A DNA stretch of 64,000 bases from Thermodesulfobacteriota bacterium (GTDB lineage: Bacteria; Desulfobacterota; Desulfomonilia; UBA1062), in the NCBI GenBank assembly GCA_036825155.1, contig DAISYU010000002.1:3914-67913 (forward strand), given 5' to 3'. A program made the translations under genes and the position numbers. This document shows, piece after piece, positions 20,293 through 29,138 of the stretch (within the stretch, counting starts at the first letter, position 1; every line of letters starts with the position of its first letter). Under the pieces are notes generated by a model. It was given only the letters and a program-made list of their open reading frames with translations. It searched no databases and was not told where the DNA came from.

Positions 20293-20659
20293 ATCCACAC
20301 GTGACAAGGGAATAACGGGAGAAAAAACCGCCCGGAAATATCTCAAGAAACAGGGATTGAAGATACTCGATGTTAATTTCCGGGCAAAACTGGGGGAGAT
20401 AGACATTATCGCACAGGAAAAAGATACCCTTGTGTTTGTGGAGGTGAAATCCGCCATGAATACGGCATTCGGCAACCCTCTGGATTGGATCCCCCTGTGG
20501 AAACAACGGCGCATCATTCGTGTTTCACAACTGTATATGCTGATTAAGGGCCTTCATGGCGATACCCACGTCAGATACGATGTGGTGGGTGTAGACCCGG
20601 ACAGGAACGTGTGTCATGTCAGAGATGCCTTCAGACCGGGAACTTCGGTTCTTGTGTGA
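20282..20659 (+). CDS. yraN: YraN-family (UPF0102) endonuclease
   Basis: GEKTARKYL..ILDVNFR..GEIDII..LVFVEVK matches the YraN core. Probable GTG start overlapping the rnhB end. Confidence 0.7.
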   Translation: MSVRSTRDKGITGEKTARKYLKKQGLKILDVNFRAKLGEIDIIAQEKDTLVFVEVKSAMNTAFGNPLDWIPLWKQRRIIRVSQLYMLIKGLHGDTHVRYDVVGVDPDRNVCHVRDAFRPGTSVLV

Positions 20660-21098
20660 CCAGAATCTCGGCAGGCTTGCTAAGTGGTTGAGAATCATGG
20701 GTTTTGACACAACATACACGCGCAGCTGGGACAAAACCATACTTGATACAGCGCTGTCAGAGGGGAGGATCGTCCTCACACGCATCCGCAAAATGGCCCG
20801 GAGAAAAGGTTGTATCGTCATCGAAAGCGATCATGTCCGCGAACAAATCTTACACCTTGAGAGCATATTTGATCTTTCCTCAAAGACAAGGTGGTTTACG
20901 CGGTGTAATATTTGCAATGAAACCCTGATGTGTGCTAAGCCATATGATGTGAAAGACTGCGTCCCTGAATATGTGTATCTTACCCAGAAAGAATTCGCCC
21001 GGTGTCCGAAGTGTTCCCGGATCTACTGGAAAGGCACTCACCTGGTCAACTCAATGAACGCCATCAATGCCATTATTGCACCAAGAGAGGAATCATGA
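20616..21098 (+). CDS. Mut7-C RNase domain (DUF82, PIN-like) protein with C-terminal Zn-ribbon
   Basis: N-terminal RFLCDQNLGRLAKWLRIMG matches the Mut7-C domain start. C-terminal CxxC...CPKC. The stop overlaps the next ATG (ATGA). Confidence 0.6.
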   Translation: MSEMPSDRELRFLCDQNLGRLAKWLRIMGFDTTYTRSWDKTILDTALSEGRIVLTRIRKMARRKGCIVIESDHVREQILHLESIFDLSSKTRWFTRCNICNETLMCAKPYDVKDCVPEYVYLTQKEFARCPKCSRIYWKGTHLVNSMNAINAIIAPREES

Positions 21099-22156
21099 CA
21101 AAACAAGAGCTCGAGGATTCACTTTTATCACTGGTAAAAGGAAAACGCAAAGTTCTCATAGTAACGCATGAAAACCCCGACCCGGACAGTATAGCTGCAG
21201 CATTCGGACTGAAATATATCTTCCGGAAAACCATGGGTGTATCATCCATCATAGCTTACAGCGGGATCATCGGAAGGGCTGAGAACCAGTGCATGGTGAA
21301 ACTTCTGGATATCGACATGACACCCCTGTCCGAGGTATCTCCCCGGAATTATTCGGTCATTGCTGTTGTTGACTGCCAGCCGCATACCGGCAATCTGATC
21401 CTTCCCAAGGGGATTAAACCAAGCATCGTAATCGACCATCATCCCCTGCGCAAATCATCCACGGAAGTGGAATACCTCGATGTCAGAAAAGGGATCGGCA
21501 GCACGTCCACGATAATCACTCAGTACATCAGGCTGTTGGGGCTTGATATGGACAAGCGGGTGGCTACTGCGCTGTTCTACGGCATCAAATCCGATACCAG
21601 AGATCTCGGAAGGCAGTCCACCGATGCAGATATCAGGGCATCTGTGTATCTGTTTCCCTATACACTGCAAAAGAAACTTGCACGAATCGAACACCCGGAG
21701 ATGCCCAAGGAATACTTCATCGAGCTCTGTTCCGTCCTGAACAATGCAAAAATGTACGGCGATGTGATTGTGGCGCGGGTGAATATGATCGGCTGGCCGG
21801 AGATGATCGGGGAGTTTGCAGACGAACTCATCCAGATCGAAGGCATCAGGTGGTGTATGTGTTATGGAAGGCACAACGGGTCGCTGCTCTTTTCCATTCG
21901 CACCACCAGGTCGTCTTACATGGCAGGTGTTCTTGCCCACAAGCTCTGTCACGGCATCGGCAAGGGAGGGGGACACGAAACCTTTGCAGCTGGGAAGATC
22001 GATCTTGCTCAGGCACTGAAGAAGGTTCGGGATCCAGAGGATATACTCCTGAAGAGATTCCTGAAAGAAGTCACTCCGAAGAATTCAGAACCCTCACTCC
22101 TGATTGCACGGGAAAGTCAGCCGCCGAAAGCTTCAGAGACCCAGGTCAATGTCTAG
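21095..22156 (+). CDS. nrnA: DHH/DHHA1 phosphoesterase (NrnA-like oligoribonuclease / pAp phosphatase)
   Basis: DHH motifs (HENPDPDS, VVDCQPH, IDHHP) and DHHA1 GGGH. ATG at 21095 in an ATGA overlap with the upstream gene. Confidence 0.75.
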   Translation: MTKQELEDSLLSLVKGKRKVLIVTHENPDPDSIAAAFGLKYIFRKTMGVSSIIAYSGIIGRAENQCMVKLLDIDMTPLSEVSPRNYSVIAVVDCQPHTGNLILPKGIKPSIVIDHHPLRKSSTEVEYLDVRKGIGSTSTIITQYIRLLGLDMDKRVATALFYGIKSDTRDLGRQSTDADIRASVYLFPYTLQKKLARIEHPEMPKEYFIELCSVLNNAKMYGDVIVARVNMIGWPEMIGEFADELIQIEGIRWCMCYGRHNGSLLFSIRTTRSSYMAGVLAHKLCHGIGKGGGHETFAAGKIDLAQALKKVRDPEDILLKRFLKEVTPKNSEPSLLIARESQPPKASETQVNV

Positions 22157-23134
22157 AAGCCTGGCTGCATAGCCCACCATATCCACGTCTTCCTCTTCGG
22201 TGACCTTCGCAATCCCCTCGGCCCTGACCATGGAACCGGACCGCACGATACCGGCGATCTCCCATGCATAAGGATGAAAAGAAAACCGCTTCTTATGGAG
22301 ATAGTTCGCCAGTGCGTTTAACAGACAATTCGTTGAGTTCGGATCTGTATCTGCAGGCTTCACCCAGCCGAGGTTCTCGATGGTCTTGATGATTGCTTCT
22401 TCGTCATACTCGGTAAAGGCAAGCGGATGTATGTTTATGGGCCAGCGTTTAAGAGCAGTGGTGAGGTCATCGTCGCTCAAGAAGTATCCCCTGATGTCTT
22501 TACCCACCAGGTCTATGAGCGGGTCACGCACAGTCCTGTGCGAGAAACGCTGCAGCCTGGGATTTGTCTGCATGATAGCGGAACTGATGGGAGCCTGTCC
22601 CGGGGACCAACCGAATGCAACCAGAGGGATATCGTAGGCCAGGGCGGTCTTCAAGATCATGCCCTTGACCATACCGATACACGTGGTACAGATGGAACTC
22701 GCCCGGTCCAGTGTCTTGGGGCTGTAGATGTCCTTGCTCGCTGCAAGATTAAAGGCCTTTTTCATGAGATCGAACGGCGGCCGGAATATGATGCATGCAG
22801 CCCCCAGGGTGTCTGACATGGTCCTGATATTCTCCAGCGCCTGCCCGGATATGAATCCGTTGTCAAAAACAAAGGCAAGAACGTTCAAGTCATAGTGCTT
22901 TCTGAGCATATAGAGTGTGTACGTTGAGTCCTTGCCGCCGCTGTAGGCAAGGAGCACGTCGAAGGGATGCTTCCCGCGTTTGTCTGCCAGAAGGGCCTCG
23001 AACTTTTCAAGATGGGCCTGCTTTTCCTGGTCGGAAGGAATCGGTATATTCCGGCAATAGTTGCACGTACCTTCCTCATCAAAGGAAATACCGGGAAAGG
23101 TGTCCGGAAGCACGCATTTTGTACAGAACCTCAT
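22133..23134 (-). CDS. PP-loop ATPase of the N-acetyl-sugar amidotransferase (WbuX/WbpG-like) family
   Basis: N-terminal Zn-ribbon (CTKC...CNYC) and PP-loop SGGKDS. The ATG overlaps the stop of the upstream ligase (ATGA). The 3' end overlaps convergent nrnA by 24 nt. Confidence 0.6.
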   Translation of the reverse strand: MRFCTKCVLPDTFPGISFDEEGTCNYCRNIPIPSDQEKQAHLEKFEALLADKRGKHPFDVLLAYSGGKDSTYTLYMLRKHYDLNVLAFVFDNGFISGQALENIRTMSDTLGAACIIFRPPFDLMKKAFNLAASKDIYSPKTLDRASSICTTCIGMVKGMILKTALAYDIPLVAFGWSPGQAPISSAIMQTNPRLQRFSHRTVRDPLIDLVGKDIRGYFLSDDDLTTALKRWPINIHPLAFTEYDEEAIIKTIENLGWVKPADTDPNSTNCLLNALANYLHKKRFSFHPYAWEIAGIVRSGSMVRAEGIAKVTEEEDVDMVGYAARLLDIDLGL

Positions 23135-24639
23135 TGTTTCAATACCCCCTTGTCTATCTTGCCGGAAGGTTTCTTCGGCAACGTCTTTAAAACATTCCAG
23201 TATTTCGGATGCTTATGAACGGAGAGTCTTTTGTTTGCAAAAGACTTCACCTCCTCGAGATCAAAGGTCTTCTCATCGAGGGGTACAATAAACGCCTCAG
23301 GGACCTCGGAGAGAAACTCGTCAGGCCTTCCCACGACCGCAACTTCATGCACCAACCCCGATTCCATGATCGCTTCTTCGATCTCCTTTGGCGAAACCCG
23401 TTCTCCGCCGATCTTGAGCATCTCTTTTTTCCTGCCGGTGAGATATATGTAACCGTCTTCATCCATGTGGCCGAGATCACCGGTTACGAGCCCCCACTGT
23501 TTCAGGACATTATCGGTCTCTTCTTTGTCCTGCCAGTATCCCTGCATGATATTGTCGCCTGTCGCACAGATATTACCCACCTCATAAGGCTTCAGCAGTG
23601 TCCCTTTGTTGTCCCGGATAGTAATCTCGACTCCCGGGATGGCCACACCGATTGATCCGCGTTTATTATCCAGAAGCTTTTGAGGCGGCAGGTAGGTAAG
23701 TCTCGCCGATGCCTCTGTAGCACCGTACATGATATATAATGAAACCATCCCTATATGCTTCAGCAGTCTTTCGGTGAGGGCAGGGGCCATTGCACCCCCC
23801 GCCTGGGTGATGTATCTCAGCGTCGGTATCTGCGTCTTGGTAAAAACCGATCTGTTCAGCAGAATGGCAAAGGTTGACGGGACCCCGGCAAACCCGGTGA
23901 CTTCCTTGTCCACCATGTCCTTCACCACGGCGTTGGGGAATGCGAAACGGTTATTGATGACAATGGATCCCCCCACCATGAAATGTGTATTGAGCAGGGT
24001 CTTGCCGTAGACATAGTAGAACGGAAGAACCGCCATGATCCTGTCAGTCTCGCTCAGCCCCAGGTAGGAAACGATCGATGCGGTATTGGTACTGAGGTTC
24101 TTGTGGGTGAGCATGACCCCTTTCGGCCTGCCGGTGCTGCCGGAGGTGTATACGATGGCAGCGAGATCATCTTCGCACAGAGAAGGATCGCCGGTATGTT
24201 CCTTTTGTCGATGAACATCTTCCCACGTGTAGACATTCACCCCCCTGGAGGTAAAGGGCATGTTAGGCCCGATTATACAGGGGATGGCAATGTCAGCAAG
24301 ACGCTTTGCACTTCCCTTTGAGAGTATGCAGATTCTGGCCCCGGAGTTTTCGATAAAATATTCCATCTCCGTCAACGTGGATTTATCAGGCACCTCCACG
24401 CACACACCGCCTGCCTTCAAGATACCATAGTAGGATGCGATACTCTCCAGAGAGTTCTCCGCTGCCATGAGGACTCTATCGCCCTTTTTCAGGCCGTTAT
24501 CTCTCAATAATGTGGAAAGCCTGTTGGCAAATGAGTTGACCTCCCGGAAGGTTGCAGTAATCTCACCATGCAGTACCGCTGTTTTTTCAGGATACCTGTC
24601 TGCGGATGATTCCAGGAAATGATGGACAAACTCCGCCAC
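23131..24639 (-). CDS. ANL-superfamily AMP-forming acyl-CoA/acyl-ACP ligase
   Basis: AMP-binding motif IVYTSGSTGRPKGV, plus YGATE and a C-terminal PKKPSGKIDK. GTG start overlapping the ACP stop (TAGTG). Confidence 0.8.
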   Translation of the reverse strand: MAEFVHHFLESSADRYPEKTAVLHGEITATFREVNSFANRLSTLLRDNGLKKGDRVLMAAENSLESIASYYGILKAGGVCVEVPDKSTLTEMEYFIENSGARICILSKGSAKRLADIAIPCIIGPNMPFTSRGVNVYTWEDVHRQKEHTGDPSLCEDDLAAIVYTSGSTGRPKGVMLTHKNLSTNTASIVSYLGLSETDRIMAVLPFYYVYGKTLLNTHFMVGGSIVINNRFAFPNAVVKDMVDKEVTGFAGVPSTFAILLNRSVFTKTQIPTLRYITQAGGAMAPALTERLLKHIGMVSLYIMYGATEASARLTYLPPQKLLDNKRGSIGVAIPGVEITIRDNKGTLLKPYEVGNICATGDNIMQGYWQDKEETDNVLKQWGLVTGDLGHMDEDGYIYLTGRKKEMLKIGGERVSPKEIEEAIMESGLVHEVAVVGRPDEFLSEVPEAFIVPLDEKTFDLEEVKSFANKRLSVHKHPKYWNVLKTLPKKPSGKIDKGVLKQ

Positions 24640-24890
24640 TACGCGACACCCTTTGTCTTCAAAAACGCGATGATATTCTGAATTGTTTCAAGGTTCTCGG
24701 GGATCAGTTCTTCATCCTCGATCTGGATATCAAAGGTAGCTTCAAGGAACTCCACCAGTTCAAGCACCCCGGTAGAGTCCATTATGCCGCTCTCTATCAA
24801 AGATTCTTCGACATCGATTGGGGTTTCACTGCGGCCCATGATAAAGTTTTCTTTGATAAAATCAATAATTGTTGATTGAATATCAGGCAT
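24639..24890 (-). CDS. acyl carrier protein
   Basis: 83 aa with the phosphopantetheine-site motif GIMDSTGVLELVEFLE. The ATG at 24890 has a GGAGAGG SD. The ORF-track start at 24905 is less likely. Confidence 0.65.
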   Translation of the reverse strand: MPDIQSTIIDFIKENFIMGRSETPIDVEESLIESGIMDSTGVLELVEFLEATFDIQIEDEELIPENLETIQNIIAFLKTKGVA

Positions 24891-25099
24891 ATGAATCCTC
24901 TCCATAAAAACTTAGTCGATTGTAGTATCGGCATCATAATTGCCAAAGATTATTATTTCAACGCCAAAATTATTTCAGTGGGTAACACGAAGGAGTAGGG
25001 AAAATTTCCCGTGCGTGTTATGATGCGGATGTGATCATCCGATGATATCAGCAGGGATTTTTATAAGAGCTCTTAAGAGAGAAGAGGGGGCGATAACAG

Positions 25100-26062
25100 A
25101 TGAAATTTAATAGGGACATACTCAAAATACATGCTGCCGATGAGACGGAAAAGGTCTGTGCCTTTCTGAAAGAACAGGTGTCTTCGGTGTTTCGCAGAAC
25201 AGGCATTGTGGTGGGTCTGAGCGGCGGGATCGACTCCGCTGTCATGGCTGCGCTAGCAGTGGAGGCGCTGGGTACAGACAAGGTAGCAGGCCTTGTTCTC
25301 CCGGAAAAGGAGTCGAACCCTCTCAGCAGCCAATATGCCGCAAAGCATGCGGACAAACTCGGCATCGAGTATAGAGAGGTCGACATCACCCCCACCGTGG
25401 AGAGTGTCGCATCCTACAGCTCCCGCGATGAATATATCAGAAATCTTGTCCCCCAGTATTCTCCCGGCTGCAAATATAATATCACACTGCCCACGGATCT
25501 TCTGGAGAGGGACTCTTTCAGCTTCTACGTCCTTCAGGTTCAGCTTCCTGACGGCACCATAAAAAAGAAGAGGCTGAACTTTGATGCATTCAGGGCAATC
25601 ACCTCTTTTGCCAATATCAAGATCAGGTCGCGCATGATCCATCTCTATGCCGAGGCCGAGCGTCTGAACTGCGTTGTCGCAGGTACAACAAACAGGACGG
25701 AATACATCCTCGGTGACTTCTGCAAATACGGTGACGGAGGAACGGATATCGAGGCCCTGGCGCATTTGTACAAGAACCAGATATATCAGCTTGCAGATTA
25801 TCTGGGCGTAATCCCGGAGATTATTGACCGCAGTCCTTCGCCCGACACCTTCAGCCTGCCGGTAAGCGACCAGGAATTCTTTTTCCGGATCGCATTCGAT
25901 AAGCTCGACCTCCTGTTATATGCCTGGGAGCACAAGGTGAGCACCAGTGAGACGGGACGGGTCCTTGATCTCTCCGAAGATGCCGTGAACAGGGCTTTTA
26001 CGGATTTCACAACAAAGAACCGTACCACATCTCACCTGCGTGAAATGCCGCATTCCATGTGA
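25100..26062 (+). CDS. nadE: NAD+ synthetase (NadE) family PP-loop amidating enzyme
   Basis: GLSGGIDSAV PP-loop and NadE-like core (AGTTNRTEYILGDFCKYGDGG). 320 aa, longer than typical ammonia-dependent NadE. Confidence 0.65.
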   Translation: MKFNRDILKIHAADETEKVCAFLKEQVSSVFRRTGIVVGLSGGIDSAVMAALAVEALGTDKVAGLVLPEKESNPLSSQYAAKHADKLGIEYREVDITPTVESVASYSSRDEYIRNLVPQYSPGCKYNITLPTDLLERDSFSFYVLQVQLPDGTIKKKRLNFDAFRAITSFANIKIRSRMIHLYAEAERLNCVVAGTTNRTEYILGDFCKYGDGGTDIEALAHLYKNQIYQLADYLGVIPEIIDRSPSPDTFSLPVSDQEFFFRIAFDKLDLLLYAWEHKVSTSETGRVLDLSEDAVNRAFTDFTTKNRTTSHLREMPHSM

Positions 26063-26119
26063 CATCATGGTCGGCACGGGTTCTGACCAGAGTGACAACC
26101 CCTGGTGTCGTGGCATGTA

Positions 26120-27751
26120 TCATTTCTGATACGGGATAACATTTCCCCTGTTCAGGAGAAAATGAGGATCGACAGCGCTCTTTGAAAACCGAACCTGTTG
26201 AATGGCATCATTCCCATAGCATCTCAAGAAATCATCCCTCTTGCGCTTTCCGGTGCCGTGCTCGCCTGAATAGACTCCGCCCAAGAATGCCGATTTCTCC
26301 ACAATCATGGCGTATACCTCGGTGGCACGTTCAAGCTGGTTTTTTTCCGGAAGGACCATAAAGTGAATATGACAATCTCCGAGATGACCGAACGTCAGGT
26401 AATCCAGATCCTCGCCAATGAGTAGATTGTGTGTATATTCGAGGAATTCCCCGAATCTGTCTTCAGGTACTACGGTATCGGTCATAATGGTATATGTTCC
26501 ACGCCTCTGGACCACCTCGAGAGAGTTCGACGGCATGGAGTGACGGGCTTCCAGAAAGAGGGAACGGTCACGGTCATTGATCATGATCTTTATTGCAGCC
26601 TCTGCAATATCACAATCGGCATCCATGAGGATCTCAAACCACTCCCCAGCCGCATCGTCGTATGACCTCTCAAAAAGCGGTATCTGTATATACACCCCCA
26701 CCTGATTGTCCCCGACAAACAACTTCTGTTCATGATCCATGTATTTCCGGCAGTTGACCCCGAAATATTCGAGTGCAGACAGGGAACTGAAATCCCCTGA
26801 AAACCTTTTAGAAATGTAGTCGAGTAGTTGGAGGGCATTTTTTTCTCCCGGCAGTGAACAGAAGAGGTCGAGATAATCGTATGGCCTTCTTGAAAGTCTC
26901 AGGGTGCATGCCGTGACGATGCCGAAGAGTCCTTCGCTCCCGACAATAAGGTCGATGAAATCCATCACACCATCAGGGGATGAATAGGGGCCGCTTGCAT
27001 TCTTTATTGCCGGACGCTGGTAGCGCGGCACTCTCCACACGGTCTCATGCTCTCTATGCAAAAGGATGAATTCTCCTTTGCTGGAAATATACTCCCCCCT
27101 GTTTGCCTGTATTTTCAGTCCACTGGGAAGGATAACATCCAGGGATTCCACCCAGTGCCTCATGGCACCGATCTCTCCCGGAGTAAAACCCGAGGCATTA
27201 CAGGCAAGAGAACCTCCCACCATCGCATCGGTACGGCTTGTGGGATCCACAGGGAATACGAGCGTATCACGGCTCTGTCTGAGAACTTCTTTGCGAAGGT
27301 CCTCAACAATGATGCCCACAGGGCACCTGACCGTCATGGACTGCTCGTCAACCCTCACCTCTGGAGCATTCATGTTCGCCAGAGAGATTATGATACCGGA
27401 AACCGGGGTTGCACTGCCGGTAAGGTTTGATCTGCCTGCAGAGACGGTAAACGGGATTCCGGCCGAAAAACATGCCCTCGATATAATCGCGTATTCACGT
27501 TCTGAGCCCGGTCTTGCTACAGCAGCAGCATGGCCTGGCAGGTTGGAACTGTCTGAAATGTAGCCGCTTATAATATCCTCGTCCAGCTCCAGCCGCAGTG
27601 AGAATACATTCTCAAGGAATAATGAGAGCTCTGCAATGGTATCGCTGTCAGGGATCTGTGCGCAGAATCGATCAATGTGCTCATATTCATCAGGGGTGAG
27701 CACCTCTTCGAGGGGTATCCTGTTAGTTGGTGAATCCTTGATATCAACCAT
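26120..27751 (-). CDS. FAD-linked oxidase (GlcD / D-lactate dehydrogenase / alkyl-DHAP synthase-like)
   Basis: 543 aa with an FAD-binding PCMH-type region and a C-terminal HLGDCHIH (HxGDGNxH-like) motif. Confidence 0.7.
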   Translation of the reverse strand: MVDIKDSPTNRIPLEEVLTPDEYEHIDRFCAQIPDSDTIAELSLFLENVFSLRLELDEDIISGYISDSSNLPGHAAAVARPGSEREYAIISRACFSAGIPFTVSAGRSNLTGSATPVSGIIISLANMNAPEVRVDEQSMTVRCPVGIIVEDLRKEVLRQSRDTLVFPVDPTSRTDAMVGGSLACNASGFTPGEIGAMRHWVESLDVILPSGLKIQANRGEYISSKGEFILLHREHETVWRVPRYQRPAIKNASGPYSSPDGVMDFIDLIVGSEGLFGIVTACTLRLSRRPYDYLDLFCSLPGEKNALQLLDYISKRFSGDFSSLSALEYFGVNCRKYMDHEQKLFVGDNQVGVYIQIPLFERSYDDAAGEWFEILMDADCDIAEAAIKIMINDRDRSLFLEARHSMPSNSLEVVQRRGTYTIMTDTVVPEDRFGEFLEYTHNLLIGEDLDYLTFGHLGDCHIHFMVLPEKNQLERATEVYAMIVEKSAFLGGVYSGEHGTGKRKRDDFLRCYGNDAIQQVRFSKSAVDPHFLLNRGNVIPYQK

Positions 27752-27787
27752 TTTTCATCCTATTATATCATACGAAAGACCCATATG

Positions 27788-27819
27788 AAAAAAATGCAGG
27801 GCCACATATGACCCTGCAT
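27788..27819 (-). terminator. rho-independent terminator downstream of the TRAP/binding-protein operon
   Basis: On the minus strand, ATGCAGGG-TCATATGTGG-CCCTGCAT is followed by TTTTTTT, 42 nt after the stop at 27862. Confidence 0.7.
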
Positions 27820-27861
27820 TGAAATTGTGGGTATATTAAGAGGAGAGGTTCTCAGTCATCT

Positions 27862-29106
27862 CTACTTTATATCTCTGGCGGCCTGAATCTCTGTTTCACT
27901 GCGCCAGGATTCTTCACCCTTGATTATGATTAAATCTTTATAGATGGGGAAAGGATAATCCGGGCTTTTGCCAACCATACCGATATAAGATGGGCAGTTG
28001 AGCTGGTTGTCAATCTTGCGGAAAGAGAGCCGGCCTCTGGTGGTCTTTATGGTTAAGCCGCTCATGACATCCTTCACCTTCTCGCTGTCAATGGTACCAG
28101 CTTTGTCTATTCCCTGTTTCAGGGCATATACTGCATCATATTCCATGACCGCCCAATCAGATGGATACTGTCCGTATCTACCCTTATAGTTCTTGACAAA
28201 ATTACTCATCATCGGTTCATCCATGTGGGCAAAAAAAGGTGCCCGGCATACCCCGATCACTCCACGCGGAAGCATGTCCCCCTGTGCAATGAGTTCCGAG
28301 ACACTGATAAGTGATCCCTGATAGGGAAAAAGCTCGAAGAAACCGAATGTCTTAGCCTGGTTTAACCACAATTCGTTGTCTTTCGATGCCAGGGAGCCAT
28401 ACACAAAGTCCGGTTCCTCGACCGATATCTTCTTGATGTACGGATAGAATTCCGTTTCGCCGAGGGTTGGCCAGAACTCCTTCTTCAACTTAAGGTGAGG
28501 TGCGGCCTGCTTGAGGATCTGAACAAAGATGGTCTGGGATGATCTTCCCCATTCGTAATCAGACGCCAGCGTCACGTATTCATCCCACTCTTTGTCCTTT
28601 GACAGTTTAGCCACGCCCAAAGCCACAGCCTTTGCCTGCATGTATGTGTTTGGGACCACGGAGAATGTGTATGGACTGAAATTGTTTTTGGTGAGGTTCT
28701 CGGAATTGCTTATGGCCGCAATATGGAGGACCTTGTGTTCCCTGCACACCGGTTTTATGGCAATGGCACACGCACTGGAGTATGTACCGAGTATGCAGCG
28801 CACACTGTCGTCCAGAATCAGTTCCCGTGCCTTGCGTTCAGCTGCATCCGGCCTCGTGAGCGTATCCCGCACGAAGAGCTTTACCGGGTGTTTGCCGAGC
28901 ATGCCGCCCTGTGCATTTATCTCGTCAACAGCCAGTTCGATGGCCTTTATGCCATCCATACTGTAGAGAGTACCAGGGCCTGAAAGGCCCAGGGCTACTC
29001 CGAGATTATACGGTTCTTGAGCCCCGGCAGTTCCCACCACCAGAGCAGAACCTGCCAGCATGCATGCCAACAGGACCACCGCGTTCTTAAGTCCCTTCAT
29101 TCTCAT
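27862..29106 (-). CDS. LivK-type (branched-chain amino acid / amide family) periplasmic binding protein
   Basis: Signal peptide, 414 aa, and a type-I periplasmic binding protein pattern (LGVALGLSGPG, AVDEINAQGGMLG). Confidence 0.6.
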   Translation of the reverse strand: MRMKGLKNAVVLLACMLAGSALVVGTAGAQEPYNLGVALGLSGPGTLYSMDGIKAIELAVDEINAQGGMLGKHPVKLFVRDTLTRPDAAERKARELILDDSVRCILGTYSSACAIAIKPVCREHKVLHIAAISNSENLTKNNFSPYTFSVVPNTYMQAKAVALGVAKLSKDKEWDEYVTLASDYEWGRSSQTIFVQILKQAAPHLKLKKEFWPTLGETEFYPYIKKISVEEPDFVYGSLASKDNELWLNQAKTFGFFELFPYQGSLISVSELIAQGDMLPRGVIGVCRAPFFAHMDEPMMSNFVKNYKGRYGQYPSDWAVMEYDAVYALKQGIDKAGTIDSEKVKDVMSGLTIKTTRGRLSFRKIDNQLNCPSYIGMVGKSPDYPFPIYKDLIIIKGEESWRSETEIQAARDIK

Positions 29107-29138
29107 GGTTCCACCTCCGTGTTAATTAATCTCCTTAA

